Positions 24,650-37,490 of a stretch of 64,000 bases of DNA are shown in pieces (positions within the stretch are counted from its first letter, which is position 1; every line of letters begins with the position of its first letter). This DNA comes from Oopsacas minuta (taxonomy: Eukaryota > Animalia > Porifera). Where the stretch lies: assembly GCA_024704765.1 (NCBI GenBank), contig JAKMXF010000308.1, positions 248,001 through 312,000 of the forward strand. Direction: 5' to 3'. The notes beneath the pieces were generated by a model, which made no database searches, had not been told where the DNA came from, and worked only from the letters and a program-made list of their open reading frames with translations. Position numbers and translations under genes: made by a program.

Positions 24650-27170
24650 TCAAGAGGAGATCTAGATCCGTCTCGGTAGATATCATGTCGCGATGCTTGA
24701 AAAGAGTTTGGAGACTTCTGAGTTTGAGATCGAGGGCTATTGAAACTTGCGCCTTCATAGAATAATCTTTATATTACTCTTTGATTGTATTTATTAGGTA
24801 ATGCTTCTCATTATGTTACCGAAGAACGTCGTCGACTAGTTCTGGGCAAGATTGATCCTCACTTCGCTAAGCTAGCAAATGAATCCTTCCAGGATAGGGG
24901 CAGATTACTATGTGGCCCATCAATTGCTACCAAGATTGAACAGCTTATTTCTGGTTCTAAACCCTCCAAGAGGTAAGTATGGGAAAAACCTACACCTGTA
25001 TCTTAAACAGAGATCATTTTACCCAACCCAGAGGATAGCGTTATTTTTGTACCCCTTCTCTTCCCAGCAGTACCAGGGAAGAGGAAAGCAAATCACTCGA
25101 TACCTCCAAGGCTCCCATACCAACCAAACTAGAGGACGGGGCTCAAAGACTATTCCATAGTCACCCAAACCCATTAGAGCCGATTGTCCTTGCGGCACCC
25201 TATTCAAAGATCTCCCAGCCCTTCCACTTAAGTACAGGAAGGCTCCTGGAAGCCCTTTCTAATTGGAAGATGATAACTTTGGATCAATGGGTACTGGATA
25301 TAGTCAGGGGAGTTCGCTTACCGTTTATTATGGCACCTCCACCCCGCACGATCACCATAGAATTGGAAATATAGATGAAAGAGGAGATCCGGAGCTTATT
25401 GTGGAAGAAAGCAATTCGGAAATCGGAGTGGGAGAGGTACTATTCACGAGTCCGATTACCAAAAATCGATAGATTTATCCCCCGAATCGTTGAAGGAAAT
25501 ATATTGGAAAAAAATCTCAACTCACTCAAGGGCACACCACTTGTACTGTTTAACCCATCCCAGGCGACATTAGAAACAGATGCTTCCCTCTCGGGCTGGG
25601 GAGCAGTCCTAATCATCAAGACCAAGAGATTTTCCACCAAAGGGGATTCGAAGTCGGCCCGCATATGAACCAGCTGGAAATATTTGCAGGAAAATATGCA
25701 CTATCTTATTTCGAAGCAGCACTTGCCCAATTTCTATAACCTCCCCAATACCCAGTAATTCACCATCCTAATCAGGACCGACAACCGGTCAGCTCTGAGA
25801 TTTCTGACCAAGCATGGGGGGACGAACTCTCTGAACCTAACTCAGATAGCATCTCAGATTAGGACATGGATGTAGAGCAGACAGATTGTAGCATCGGTGG
25901 AATATGTACCTTCTAACCTGAACATAGCCGATGCCCTGTCAAGATCGCGGGATCTCTCCAACTGGAAGTTTGGTCCTTGAGTTTTTCCCTCAAGGTGGGG
26001 GCTGTTAACGATCGATATATTTACTTTTCAGTACACGAGTTGGCACTCAGATCCAATTGTAGTAGCAGTACATGCCCTCATACAAGAATGGCCGAAGAAT
26101 GGGGCGTATGTCTTTCCCCCTTTTGTTTGGTCGGGAGAGTACTGACAAGACAAATTATCCCTAGTCCTGTTGACACCAATTTGGCCGACACAACCATGGT
26201 GGCCGGACTTACTGTCGTTAGCATCAGAGACTCCAATTCACATCCCACCTTAGAAGGAGTTAATATTGTCTCCGCCCCTGGAACCACACCCTCTTGTTCT
26301 ACAAAGCGCATTGAGATTAGCACCTTGGATGGTGTCAGGAAGCAATCCGAATCTGATACACGGGAAGTCGACCACTTATTGGCCAACTCCTTGTCCCAGT
26401 CTACAACAGAACATACGCGACTAACTTCAGACAATTTTGTAAATAGTGCGATAGTTGTAGCAGGAATCCTATTCAAGCTTCTGTAGGAACAGTTTTAGCA
26501 CATCTCAATAAGCAATGAAGGCTTATAATACAATCAATATCTATCATTCTGCCATTTCAATAGGTTGGTTACCTTGGTTCGAGGGTCGTCCGATTGAACA
26601 ACATCCCTTAATCATCTGATTATTATTGAGAGAATGCCCCTCCCACAAAGCATAGTGCTATTTGGGATGTTAACTGTTTTCCAATATATTAAAACAGTAG
26701 GAGGTAACGAGGGCTTAAGTATCAAACAGATAAGTCTAAGGTTGCCCTTGCAACAGCAAAGTGAGCTTCTGATCTTCTAAATTTCAAGTTGATGCTATTT
26801 CGTTCACAAATGAAGGAGCTCATCGCACCAAAGTTAAAATTAGTAAATCAAGTGCTCCAGGGAAAGGATATTCTTACCAAATAATCTAGATCCCTTATTA
26901 TGCCTCCCATCCCGCTTGAAAACTGATATTGAGATGACTAAACAAGCGAGGCCAATTTGAGAGAACAAGCATTTACTTTTATCGTACCAACTCATCCCAC
27001 CAAGAGCCCCTCAGATCTAGATGGTTGGTAGGTATACTCAATCAAGCAGGTATTGCCACAGATATCTTCAAGGCACTTCAGTCTGGTATCTCTGTACAAA
27101 ATATACAGCAACGGCTAGTTGGACAAGTGCAGAACATTTCTTAAATTTTACTTACGAAACTAAACAAGTC
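24650..27170 (+). mobile_element. Degenerate DIRS1-group tyrosine-recombinase retrotransposon (gag, truncated RT, RNase H, Dam-like methyltransferase, YR)
   Basis: gag-like LLGNASHYVTEERRRLVL; RT N-terminus GRLLEALSNWKMITLDQWVLDIVRG; RNase H ETDASLSGWGA, TDNRSA...KHGGT, NIADALSR; methylase-like YVFPPFCLVGRVL (~26107); YR remnants IWDV, RWLVGILNQAGIATDIFK and ASWTSAE..FLKFY. Many stops and shifts; termini not resolved. Confidence 0.88.
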
Positions 27171-27786
27171 TCAGGCTAGTCAATATAACTCATTTGGTTT
27201 TCCACATAGTTCTAGTTATTTAGTAGATACCCTATTTAGTGCATACTCGAATAGTCTTTCTCAACATTAGAAGTATCTGTCCTAGAAAATCTGAATTCTT
27301 ATATACATAATTCCAATTATACGATGAGTGAAATTTGGTAATTTTATTTCGATAGATAGCTTTGACAAAGTAGTAGCCGTTTGCCACGAATGTTCAGGTA
27401 ATAGTATTCGAGGTAAATCTCCGAAAACTTCCCTTAGAGGTAAATCTTGCGCTATTGCCTTATAGAACCACTTGCGATCTTGTCACCACCAAATTTATGC
27501 TCAAACAAGAATTGTTGAAAAGGAAACCAATCCGAAAGTAACTGGAACAAGGGAAATAGATATGTTTGCTAATTTCTATACTAATATTTTTCAAAATTGG
27601 CCGCGTTTATTATCTGGCCGGATATTTGTTGGTCTCTGCCGAATCCGGATATCCGGTACATTTCTATTTTCATTGATCCACTAAAATTAATTTGGTGAAT
27701 TTTAAGTCGGCAAATATGGTGAATTGGGATTTTTTAGCAATGCAATTACTTGAGTACATTGGGACTTCCACATGCGGGGCCTCCTG

Positions 27787-27848
27787 ATTTTACCTTCGCT
27801 GTTAAGACATTCCTGAAGCGTGGAATGTTTTAACAGCGAAGGTGAAAT
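27787..27848. other. Near-perfect 62-nt hairpin (27-bp stem with two G.T wobbles, 8-nt loop)
   Basis: ATTTTACCTTCGCTGTTAAGACATTCC-TGAAGCGT-GGAATGTTTTAACAGCGAAGGTGAAAT, paired by hand. Confidence 0.9.
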
Positions 27849-29808
27849 ACGTTTTACCACGTTAATTTTCATGCAAATCAACCTCTGTAAGCTGTGAAAA
27901 ACGGTGCATGGTATAAAATCTTGGGGGATCTCACTTCCCTGCCTGTTTCACTGTATTTGGGATGTGTCTATGCTCAATTGACAAAACTTCTAAAATTATA
28001 CCTGATAGTCATGTCTGGCGTGAACTAATTAGTTCACGGTTAGGGATATTAACGCTTAACGAAATAAATTTGGAGAAAATCGCGTTAATTTCATGGAACG
28101 AAATTTCCTAAATTTCCAGGTGGCTTAGCATCGAAATTGAGACAATATTCACAGTATGTTGTTTACAACATCATATTTGGACTCAGCATGCTCGATTACC
28201 TCAGTATAACCATATAACCATTATGTGAATTCGAGGCGTAGTGCCGAGGCAGAGTATATTCTTTGGCGTAGCGACCAATAACACTAAGAATTTAGCTTTT
28301 TAATACTTAAGCTAACCTGAGGCACTAAACTGTAGCACAGCGAACTAGCAGCGAAACACACTAGTTAATATTACTAAGAGAACCTTAGCACATATTGAGT
28401 TGGTTAGAAAACAATAATTATCGACACAATAGACACAGTCTTCGTGACGTCATTACAACTTAAAATTTTAAACGATAATTTATAGAGATAAATTATAACT
28501 TGAGTCAATACTTGTAAATCAATGGACATCACATAGTAGAATAGTAAGATTACCCAAAAATGTTCTAGGATTGCATTCTAAAATTTTTCGAGTCGTTGGG
28601 GGCCTCTGGGGTCCCGAGTAAATGTCTCGCCTTCATCGTCTTCTCCTCGCCGCTAGTAGGTAGAACAATACACTCATAAAAATTTTCGATATTTTTTGCA
28701 AGGCGACAAACGTCACGGATTACTAGAATGCGCATAACTCCGTTTCTATAACAGATAGAATAATACTTACAATTAATGAAGTGTAGTAGATGTTAGGACG
28801 GACACATTGGCCACCATACTGGAGGTGATGATGATCGAGAAATTTTTTCAAATTTTACGATTTCGAAAAATTAGACAAAAACATGAGTGTTTACACACAC
28901 ACATCCATAAAAAATTGCATATTTTGCTAAGTCAACATGACGTTACGAAATCCTAAAATTCTAATACTATAAGTCCAGTTTTATATGAGATAGAACAATA
29001 CTTGTAATTGATGAAGTGTAGTAGATGTTAAATGGTATACGATCCCATAATAAAAATGACGTCACCATAGTTCAGTAATGATGGCAAAGCACAATTATAA
29101 CCATAACTGCCAGAAAGGCTTAGTAACCTCAAAACTACATTCCAAGAAAACAGTACCGTACATAAGAGATATATATATATACAACTTGAGAAATTAAAGG
29201 ATTAAATATATTTTGGAAAAATCAATTACCGTAACAAATTGACAATAGGAATGTGCAAATTATCATTATAGTGAGCAGACCTTGAAATACTCCCATATAT
29301 TTATCGTCGTTTAACAGTTATTCTATGGTGTTTTGAAAATTTCTTACATTGCACAGAATGGTTTATAAGCAGCTCACTGGCCCATCGACTCACTGGGAAA
29401 TGTCCCATTCTCCACGTAGGCCAGTCCTTCCATGATACATTTCCATAGGGAGATGCTCTAATAGCATGGACGAATGATATTATTAATCATATTTTCACGC
29501 CTTTTTGCACATATGTCGAATTGATGCGAGATTTCCTTTTAATAGTTAGACAGTGGGGGGGGGGGGTAATTGCAGGATAATTATTCAGAATCTTAACCAT
29601 AGGATTTGAGGGTAAATATGAAGTATAGTAGGGGACTAATAATATCAAAATATCATTATACGTAGGCAACACGGCTCGGAATAATATTTAACCTGAATAT
29701 TTATCAGTTGGGTTGTTTTTGGGAAGGCTACACCCCTCCTGAGAAAGAACACAAACAATTAACCCTGAGCTGCAATACAAGTCTGTCGACTGGACATTTT
29801 TTCTTACT

Positions 29809-32800
29809 CGTGACCTACGTTAAATAAGGCCTATGCACCAACTTTGTGAACTTGGACCATGGATTAAAGGAAGGCTATTGTTCATAATGTATATTGGGTC
29901 AGATATGATATTTAATTCAATGATTTAGAAATGATTTATAACGGCTTGATTTCTTAAAGTAAGAATGAACTGTGTACCAGCAATAAATGCAAGTGCTTGA
30001 AGTGTTTGTGTAATAACAGTAATATCTGAATATTTATGCAGGGAAAATATGAACTGCTTAAGATCTAAATTTGGAAAATATTGATGATCTGAAGGAGTAG
30101 AAAAAGAGCCAATAAACTTGTCAATGGTAAGTTGTTCTGTTGAAGTCTGACTAGAAACAATTTTAAAATACTTGATAATTTGATACGTCTTTACTTTCGA
30201 GAATTCGACAATAGCTAATATGGTGCTGAGCACCGAACATCATTCTGTATAAACCAAAATGGTATTCGAGTGGATCATTTTGTAGGAAAGAAGTGAGAAC
30301 ATAAGTAAAATCACAATCCTGTATTAGGTGGTTTATTATAGCAGTTATAGCGATACAAGAATGGCGAAGGCTTGTAAAAGTTTGGGTGGTAAGTTTTCCT
30401 GTTTTTTGAGACAAGTTTTTCCATTTATCAAGCCATTCAAAAACTCTTGACAGATATTTGAGTCTTGGGTCATTCAAGGCGAAAGGACGAGACAATTCGT
30501 CCTTCAGGCGAATACCCTTATAAGGGTTGTTTACATTTAACATTTCCAGATATCACAAATAATAATGATGAATTCAGCTGGGTGCAAATGAGAGTCGGAA
30601 GGAGTTTCTGAACAACAAACTTTGAGGGCAGATGTAGTAGAATTATCAAAAACCCTCAATGATAATTTGACATTTCTGCCGGTCTAAACTCGAAGGCCAA
30701 CATGCCTTTGCTGTTAATCAGGGAGCCAATTTTGCTAGAGACCTTTGATCAGCTTTATACATAACTCGAAATATTTCGAAAAAAGTAGAAATAATTAGGG
30801 AAAAATCTTCAAAGCTCGGAAAACAAATGTACAATTGATATCTTTCTGGTTTAGCCAGTTGTTCCGAATTGATTTCAGGATATGCACAAAAAAATCGAAT
30901 AGTATGGTTAAAATTCTATTTGGATCAAGAATATGGGGAACAATGGGCTCCAAAATATGCGTTGGTAAAAACATCTTGAAGATGTTTACGTTCAAATGAT
31001 AGTTATCTGTACATATAACTTTAACATACAATTCACAACGCTCGATATCTTCTATCACTTGCTTGATAACAGGGAACATATCCGTTGCAGATGTATTTGA
31101 ACATGGTAGTAGACGAACGATGGTTGACCACTTTTTGGATAAGCTAGAAACCAGAAAACCAAATATAGTTTTGGCTGGCTCAGAAATATTCTGTGATGAT
31201 CCTATAATACTCCCTCCTTTATAAGTGAATTCTGACTTCTTTGGTTGAAATTAGAGGTAGTCTTTTCCAAAAAAGTAATATATTCACTATCCAGACCAAA
31301 TTTTATATATAAACGCTGAAGTGTTGTGTAATGTGGAGGAGAAAGTGAGTCAAGAGATTGCAAATAATGGTAGCACGCAGGAGAGATAAGTTGGCACTTG
31401 AGTGCTATTACAATAGTCCCAATGTTGTAGGTGTGATGAGTTTTCGGACGAACAAATTATCCAACTGACACAGAATAAAATTGTAGGGAACATAGCAGTT
31501 GATTATCTTCTTGACAATCATCTAGCATTGCCTGTGAATTCGACAACTTATCAACTGTTAGGCGCAATTGTTTGGTAACTTGAACTATCTGCTGGTTAAA
31601 TGTAGGGGTTGATAATTCCTGTCTATGGTTTTCAATACCGATAGATGATATCTCCACAGTGGGTTATTCGCTTCCAGTAGGGGAAATTTTCATATTTAAA
31701 TCTTGTCAATTTATATATTGAGAATGATTAGAAATATGTAGGTGTATTCAAATCTACAATTGGTTTTTATTTGAATCAACATACATGAGTGTTGTTCTAT
31801 CTCAAAGTCTCACCCAATTATGATAATTTTCGGGCCTTTGGAACGCATAATTTTTGTTCACCCAACTTAAATTCCTATTTAATATAATTTTATCGTTCAA
31901 AATACTATCAAGATACGCTGGGTGTAGTTCTAATGGTTTAGTTCTAATGTTCTTCTACAACTCAAAACCAATTTTTGTGAAATTTAATTAATTTTCTATT
32001 ATTTAAACTTTGTGATGATACAGCATAATTAGAGGTTATATAAAATGTATAATGCGAACGTATTTTGTTGGAACAAAAGTTCCTCGCAATTTCTCGCACT
32101 ATTCATGATATTACACGCATGATTGACTATCTAATAAAATATTATATAAATATTTATTCAGCGAAGTTCAGCAAAACCCAAATAAAACCAACATTCCATT
32201 CTATACTTTTGGTTACGATTCTCATCAGTAGGCCAAAGTATCCACTGCTTTGGAAGAGAAATACGGCAAGTTTAGATTTTAAATCTTCAAATCCAAGAAC
32301 TTGAAATTTCTGTTCATCAATTTTTTCTGCTCCAAAATAGTCAGTCAGTTCCATCGCAAGAGCCAAGTGATCACGATCTTTGGTGTTTAAGTCTAACCAA
32401 GTTGATGGAGTACGTGTACATTGAGTTGGGTTGGATAGGTAACTGGGGCAACCAGGCAAAAAACAGGGAACTGCAAGTGGGCAATGTCTAGGGAGACAGA
32501 GCGTTTTTCTTGCAAGATGGAACCGTCTGGTTGAGGGATACTAAAGAAAAACTCAACATCTTCGTCACGGAAATGTTTTAGGCAGACGTAAATCTTCTTA
32601 ATTTCCTCAATACATTCTTTGTGAAGAAATTGTTTCCATTGAGAAACTATGTGAGGTGGACCATTAAGCATCTTGAAATGGGTGTGGTTCGCCGTCATAG
32701 TTACTCCTACAACCAGGAGCAGAACATTTATTTGGCATTGACAGAGAAAAGTGTGATAGAAGTCTAATTTGGACAAAAGAAACAATTAAGTCAGTGCGCG

Positions 32801-33127
32801 GTCCCAGAGGGGGCATTTGCCTCGGATGTTAAAATGTTGGCCCCGTTGGGCAAAAATGCTGGGACCGTCCCTGAATTAAGTGTGGGAAATAGATAGGACA
32901 AATATGAATTAGACAAAATGGAAGAGTGGTAAGGGGAGAAAATATACATTATTGAGGAAGTATACTGAAAGAGTATCTATAAAATAATCTTAATCGTGAT
33001 AAGATTCAATAGTAATATTATCGAAAGAATACATAAAAGTTATGGTTCATTAATACAATATCCTTCCTTTAATCTATGGTCCAAGTTCACAAAGTTGGTG
33101 CATAGGCCTTATTTAACGTAGGTCACG
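29809..33127 (-). mobile_element. Full-length P-superfamily (THAP9-like) DNA transposon, 3319 bp
   Basis: ~68-bp TIRs CGTGACCTACGTTAAATAAGGCCTATGCACCAACTTTGTGAACTTGGACCAT.GATTAAAGGAAGG; 7-bp TSD TCTTACT (29802-29808, 33128-33134). Confidence 0.92.
29925..32738 (-). pseudogene. THAP domain + P-element transposase, fragmented
   Basis: ATG at 32738: MPNKCSAPGCRSNYDGEP..[shift]..FKM...QWKQFLH...VCLKHF (C2CH THAP finger), then PGCPSYLS; core VICTDNYHLNVNIFKMF, FVHILKSIRNNWLN, SFLQNDPLEYHFGLYRMM. Confidence 0.88.
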
Positions 33128-33189
33128 TCTTACTATATTTTCCTGCAAAAGAAATATATAGAAAAAACCGGTTTCAACTATATAATATT

Positions 33190-33743
33190 CCAATAACTGC
33201 TAAGTTGCTTGAGAAAAGCTCAAATAATTGCTTCTACTATGAAATATCATCATTCAAAGCAGCTATGCGATTCATTGAGAGAATCATAGATGAACAAAAA
33301 CGCCACGCTATTGGGTTGAACAGTTTTGCGGTTAATCGAATTTAATATCATATAATGATGTTAAAAACTGGCCACATCCCAACCCGCGGAGAGGCCTGCA
33401 AACTAGTGACCAAGAGAAAATTCACTCCTTGAAAGCACATCATCGTCAACGTTTAGTAAATAGATTATTATTCTGTGTGGAAGCTGGCGAAGAACTAAAG
33501 ATATCTGAACTAGATGTCATGCATTGGCTTAGAGACGTATCGGACGATGTTACAACAACCACGATCCAGAATTGCTTCATTCAATTTAATGTTGTTGGAT
33601 CTAAGAACGATCTAGAATCTTTCGCCAATTCTAGCAGTGTGAATTCTGAGTTTGATAATATGTTTCAAGAGTGTCGCGTCGAATTTTTAATACTGATTTA
33701 TATTGATCCATTCATTTTATCTAAACTAGCGTCGCTTGATTAG
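33190..33743 (+). pseudogene. Tigger/pogo (TIGD-like) transposase remnant
   Basis: LKAHHRQRLVNRLL...ISELDVMHWLRDVSDDVTTTTIQNCF matches the C-terminal part of the DDE_1 domain of pogo/Tigger transposases. Confidence 0.7.
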
Positions 33744-33856
33744 TGCTTCAACTTAATGAAGTATATAATAGCTAAATTTCTTGATGGTCTTCGGTTGTAA
33801 TACTGAAGGTGCTACGTGGCTTTTGGTTAGTAATCTGGACTGTTTATGCATTAGGT

Positions 33857-36012
33857 CAGTGGTCGGCAATTATGTTTTACTAATACCCCATTTCAGAGCT
33901 CAGAGCATCACCGTTACCCCGAATTCAGGTACTATACTGATAAACACAAATAACAAGCTGTTTCATTTATAGACGAGACAACCTGAGTAAAACTAATGAA
34001 TCTAATTCTATTCTTAGCATGTCTAATGGCTAAAGTGGCACTTGCTGCCCTTAATAATATCTTCAAACTGTGGTTTGAATTGTGACAGTGCACATCTTAT
34101 GTCACTTTCCGGGTTGAGTCTGTTTCGCGCTTTCGTCTTTATCACCGCTAGTGCAGAAAAGCCCACCTCGCAAAGGTAACAACAACTTGGTTGCCTCCTC
34201 ATGTGTCAATGGTTGAGCTCTCGCTGACTGACTCATCCCAAAGGACTCCAGGTTCAAAGCTTCGTATTCTGCTTGAGCAGTTTGGTCCGCTTGCAATTCA
34301 AGCAGCTGCTCTGCCAGCCCAAATGGCTTCTCTGGTAGGTTTTGTACTGAACATTTGAACGGGTTGAGAACTCACCCAACGCTTTCCTTCAGCATAGCGT
34401 CTTCCGGGAAGTATTGTTCAAATCGCTTTTTCAATTTGTCCAAGTGCTGAAGTACCACGTCTTTGACCAACCCGAAAGATAGTTCGTTGTATTCGAGGTA
34501 CTTCGCGAGACAGCTGAAAGATGCAATCTTCCCTTCCACAGCTCTCATTCTCCAAAGCTCGAGTTTTGCTTTAAATGCACAAATCTTCTGGTTAATCAGA
34601 ATAATGTTATGATTTGGACCTTGTAGACTAATGTTGATTTCGTTCAAGTGCCCGAAAATGTCCACTAAATATGCAAACCGAGACAGCCACATGGTGTCTT
34701 GAAAGTGGGTGGCCAGACAGTGCTTCTTGTCAGTCAGAAAAATATCAACTTCAGTCCTCAGGATCCAAAGTCTCTCCAGGGCGTTGCCACGTGACAGCCA
34801 CCGTGTCTCGCAGTATAAGAGCAAAGTAGAGTACTCCGAATTTGCTTCATCACATAATTGGCGGAACAGTCGAGTGGTTAGTGGTTGGGCCTTGATCAAG
34901 TTGATGATCTTGGTCACATCTTTCATTAATTGTTCCAGATCAGGGTCCAATGCGTTCACGACCAATGCCTGTCGGTGAATCATGCAATGTGTAGTTATGA
35001 TTCTTGGGTTTTCTCTCTTCACTAGGGTGACAAATCCCCTGTTTATCCCAACCATGGCTGGAGCTCCGTCGGTTGAAACTGCAATGCAATCAGTCCAGTG
35101 CAAATCAACATCTGGCGATGTAAAAATTTGTCAATCATGTTGAAAATGTCGACACCACGGGTTGTAGTTTCCAGCGGGCTGCAGAACAACATCTCTTCTC
35201 CGACCCTGCATTCATCTCGATATCTGACGTATACCATGAGCTGGGGATCGCTCCCGACGTCCGTAGTTTCGTCCAATTGTATTGCGAACTGTCGATTCTT
35301 CTTTATGGAAATAATCAACTGTTCCTTGATGTTCTGTGCCAACACGTCCAACCTCTTCGAAACCGTATTTGCTGACAATGGAACCGTTCCAAGTTTCGCT
35401 GCTTGCTCCTTCCCATACATAATCTCTGTCACCCTTGTTGCAGCCGCCTTGATTTGTTCCTCACCAATGTTGTGCGGCTTTTTTGCACGAGCTATAAGCC
35501 ATGCGACTCCCAAGCTTGCTCTTAAGGAGTCCCGCTGATCAAATGTCTCTTTTGGCATGAGATCCAGCTCTGTTTATTCGCTTGACTTCCCTTATGGGCG
35601 AAAAATTCCTTTGGCATGTCCGCAAGTTCTGGGTGTTTGTTGTGCAGATGCTTCTGAAGCTGAGATGATTTGAGGGACTCCGGACACAGCACAGCCAGAC
35701 AGATGACGCACTGCGGCTTTATGACTCCTTTATCGGTTGTTGCTATGAAGCCATACTCCAAGAATTCGTCTTTGAATACACGCTTTCTAGAATTTATCAT
35801 GCTGCAAAAAGAGATTAGAAGTGAAAATTGAGCAAGATATATCAATACACACGAATTGATAAAAATTATTGTTACTCTTATTATAATATTAATTACGGCA
35901 ATTTTGAATTGGCTGCACTCATTTCTAGACACAATGTTCCGTTCATACTATTTTATTCTGGATAAGTCTCGTTACCCCCATGGGGTAATTTACCCCTAAT
36001 TGTCGACCACTG
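33857..36012 (-). mobile_element. Full-length hAT transposon, Buster group, second family (2156 bp)
   Basis: TIRs CAGTGGTCG.CAATTA; perfect 8-bp TSD CATTAGGT (33849-33856, 36013-36020) with central TA. Confidence 0.95.
34023..35800 (-). pseudogene. Buster/ZBED8-like transposase with several frameshifts and stops
   Basis: MINSRKRVFKDEFLEYGF, PQCVIC...KHLHNKH (BED), FAIQLDETTDV, STDGAPAMVG, THCMIHRQAL, CETRWLS; beyond ORF 34372 it continues VLNPF...LLLPF..GFSAL..IKTK.RNRL...SH* ending at 34023. Confidence 0.92.
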
Positions 36013-36104
36013 CATTAGGTAATTAGAAATTCTAGAATTTTTCGAAATTAAGACAGTTTCGAATTTTTGGTATGGTCATGATGACATAATAATGCCATGA
36101 TGAG

Positions 36105-36393
36105 TTTGCATTTGGTTAGAATCATGACGTCAGGACATTTGTCACATTGAGGGGTCCTGTGATTCAAATTTCAAACTTCTATCATGTATATTGGCTGAGT
36201 AGTGGTTAATAATGTGATTTTTCCAAAATCCAAAATCCAAAATGGTGACAATGACGTCATAATTTTGTCATATGTGTGAATTTTCGTCCAAGACTCGAAC
36301 TTGTCCGAGCCTGGCCCAAAATACTCCTGTATGCCAAAAATCAGCCCTGGGGGTCTTCCAGTTTCTTTAATCAATTCTGGACATAGAAACATA
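36105..36393 (-). repeat. Helitron-like dispersed repeat, family 2 (GAATTGATT.AAGAAACTGGAAGACCCC)
   Basis: Homologous to 37205-37490(+), 40855-41030(-), 61535-61830(+) and 60785-60853(-); the last shows an A|TCTTATATAT 5' end. Confidence 0.7.
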
Positions 36394-37204
36394 TCATTAA
36401 AGGTTGCAACCGAATATTATTAAGCAATAGTTAATATTCGGTAACCAAGCGAAATTCAGTTTTCGGGATTCGGTTTGCCCAAACCGAATAATATCAGTAA
36501 TATTCGATTGATTTAACCGAATAATTTCAGTATTCAGTTAGGCTACTATTCATCTATATTATTAAAACGCAATTAATCTGTATACGTATATATATATATA
36601 CACATATATAGGGAAATTATATCTAGCACCCTAGTGTCCTGCACCATTCTCAGGATCCTAGGGTCCTAGAGTGTAATTTCGCTCTATGACCCTGCATTTA
36701 GACATACATTACTTATTAGGTAATTATTGACCTACTGGATATAAAGATAGAACGAGATCATGACGAGATATTTCTTGGATTAGCTATCAAAAAAGGTTAC
36801 ATGAGTTGATCGGAGATTTTAATACTAACTAAATGGTGATCGAATGCTTATATTTTATTAGTTATATAACGGCCTGGGGTGGGAGATATGTGTTTTAAAT
36901 GAAGGAGAAGAGGAGGGCAAGGTTTTATACTGTCATTATTGTTGTTAGAACACCACTACCCTTAATTTAGGCCTCTATAAACTTCATCTAATTACAAAGA
37001 ATTAAAAAACAAAATGTGTGTTTAATTGCAAAAATTTAAAGAATATTTAGACTAGGACCTTAGGGTCATGTGATAAAATTTCGAGCTGGGACTCTAGCGT
37101 CCCAGAAATAATACTAGGACAACAGGGCCTTGTTGGGATTTTGCTATCAAGACCCTAGGGTTCTGAGAATAACTCCTCATATATATTATTTATATATATA
37201 TATA

Positions 37205-37490
37205 TATATATGTGTGTGTTTGTATATCCAGAATTGATTGAAGAAACTGGAAGACCCCTAGGGCTGATATTTGGCATACAGGGGAATTTTGGGCCTGGCT
37301 CGGACAAAAACAAGTCTTGGACGAAAATTCACACTTATGACAAAATGTCATCTCTTTGGATTTTCGAGAAATCACACGTCATTGTTACTGTTTTGGATTT
37401 TCGAGAAATCACATTATACATGATAGAAGTTTCAAATTTGAATCACAGGTACCTCAAAATTGGTCAAATGTCCTGACCTCATGATGGTTA
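37205..37490 (+). repeat. Helitron-like dispersed repeat, family 2
   Basis: (TA)n(TG)n head followed by the family-2 body; inverted relative to 36105-36393. Confidence 0.7.

Noticed and set aside
25977-26486. 169-aa (+) and 132-aa (-) ORFs as independent genes
   Set aside because: They overlap DIRS methylase/recombinase remnants and change frame relative to the real motifs.
34102-34296. Separate 64-aa ORF
   Set aside because: It is a shifted piece of the Buster transposase C-terminus.
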